Below are positions 5,376-6,317 of a stretch of DNA of 6,317 bases, piece by piece. This DNA comes from Candidatus Iainarchaeum sp. (lineage in GTDB: Archaea > Iainarchaeota > Iainarchaeia > Iainarchaeales > CSSED10-239), in assembly GCA_037441475.1 (NCBI GenBank), contig JBBISB010000001.1, positions 1-6,317 of the forward strand. The letters are read 5' to 3'. Below the pieces are notes generated by a model. That model saw only the letters and a list, made by a program, of their open reading frames with translations, ran no database searches and was not told the origin of the DNA. Both the position numbers and the translations under genes were made by a program. Each line of letters starts with the position of its first letter. Within the stretch, counting starts at the first letter, position 1.

Positions 5376-6317
5376 ATGCATTTTAAAGATTCCATAACTT
5401 TCATTAAATCTTTTTTAAAAGAACCAAATAAAATATTAACAGCAGCAGCTATTTCTGGCTCAATTTTAGTAGGATCTCAAAAAGTATCCTCTCAATCTTT
5501 GCAGTTTATAAAACCAATTGAACTTAACCCTACAATCTATAGAGAAGGACATGTTTTTTCATCAAAGACATATGGTTTTGAAGCTGATTCTTCTACAACT
5601 AAGTTTTTAGAACAAGCCTTTGAATATAGGTATGGTCAAAAGTTTAAAAAAGAAAACCAATATAATTTTGCAGTTGAGGTTGGAAAAAATAATCTTTATA
5701 TAAACGGAAAGCTAGTTCCTGATTTAACTTTTGCAAGAATATACTCAACCCTCTATTTATCAGATGTTTTAAAAACACCTTTAGATGTTCGTTTAGGATA
5801 CTCTAAAGAGATTTCAAACTTTACTTTAAAGGATGTTAAACTTTTAGATAAAACCTCTTTTCAAGCATCTGTTTCTGGAGATAAATTAGGTTCAGGAGTT
5901 TCCTTAAAAATAGATAAAGGAAAATTAATAGGGTATGATGGAATTGTGGATGTTAAGTTTGATAAAGGAAGTTACTCTTCAGGCCTAAGGCTTGCTGGAG
6001 ATGTAAAGGGTTCTAAATTTCTATCAATACAAGGGCATGTCCAAATTAAAGAAGGTAAAGTATTGTTTATGCCAATGGATCAATTTGGTATGGAGTATAC
6101 AAGAGATGGAAAAAGAATTCCATTTTTAAATTATGCTTTATACTATGTTCCTAACAATAAAGTAGAAATCTTTATTCATAAAAATGTTTCAAATAATAAT
6201 AAAAGCGGTTTATATCTTGAACTTAACTATATTTTAGGAAAGAGTAATAAAAAGAAAGCTTTAGATCCTAAAGTAAAAGAAATTAAACTTTTATCAGAAA
6301 AAACAAAAGAAGAAAAG
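5376..6317 (+). CDS. Hypothetical protein, N-terminal 314 aa (3' end lies outside the window); possible N-terminal signal/anchor segment; no family recognised
   Basis: Hand translation starts at ATG 5376, preceded by an in-frame TAA at 5370-5372, and gives 314 sense codons with no stop to the window edge: MHFKDSITFIKSFLKEPNKILTAAAISGSILVGSQKVSSQSLQFIKPIELNPTIYREGHVF...KALDPKVKEIKLLSEKTKEEK. An open frame this long is very unlikely to be chance in such AT-rich DNA. The coding strand is A-rich, like uvrA. The ORF is absent from the supplied track, presumably because it has no stop codon. Confidence 0.85.
   Translation, partial: MHFKDSITFIKSFLKEPNKILTAAAISGSILVGSQKVSSQSLQFIKPIELNPTIYREGHVFSSKTYGFEADSSTTKFLEQAFEYRYGQKFKKENQYNFAVEVGKNNLYINGKLVPDLTFARIYSTLYLSDVLKTPLDVRLGYSKEISNFTLKDVKLLDKTSFQASVSGDKLGSGVSLKIDKGKLIGYDGIVDVKFDKGSYSSGLRLAGDVKGSKFLSIQGHVQIKEGKVLFMPMDQFGMEYTRDGKRIPFLNYALYYVPNNKVEIFIHKNVSNNNKSGLYLELNYILGKSNKKKALDPKVKEIKLLSEKTKEEK

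Noticed and set aside
1-6317. Defence island, CRISPR array, mobile element, prophage or toxin-antitoxin content
   Set aside because: There is no repeat-spacer periodicity, no tRNA or att-like flanking repeats, and no nuclease, integrase, transposase or small paired ORFs. Two of the four coding regions (ftsZ, uvrA) and the RNA gene are housekeeping, the DUF1566-like fragment and the 5376 ORF have no assigned function, and the remaining space is low-complexity spacer.

Overview
This is a very AT-rich window whose gene signals look archaeal, and almost all of it is housekeeping. The archaeal assignment is an inference from four things: an archaeal-type FtsZ, a large SRP RNA, TATA-like boxes, and oligo-T terminators. 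From left to right the window contains: (1) the 3' end of a gene whose product ends in a DUF1566/Lcl-like 'SVRCVRD' module, and its last ~100 nt are much more GC-rich than anything else here; (2) a convergent spacer with T-run/A-run terminators; (3) ftsZ on the minus strand, where I move the start from the track's GTG at 1540 to the ATG at 1531 because the GTG lies inside a GAGGTG Shine-Dalgarno; (4) a GC-rich island that I identify as the SRP (7S) RNA gene from its helix-8 motif GGTCCGGAAGGAAGCAGC; (5) an unusually long (~475 bp), strongly T-skewed non-coding spacer with degenerate repeated words; (6) a complete 940-aa bacterial-type UvrA; (7) a 314-codon ORF starting at 5376 that runs off the right edge. 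This last ORF is missing from the supplied track because it has no stop, and I cannot place its product in any family. I see no CRISPR array, tRNA, rRNA, transposase/integrase, toxin-antitoxin pair or recognisable multi-gene defence locus. The only candidates for something undescribed are the truncated unknown ORF with its repeat-bearing promoter region and the long T-skewed spacer. Neither amounts to a demonstrable system on this evidence.
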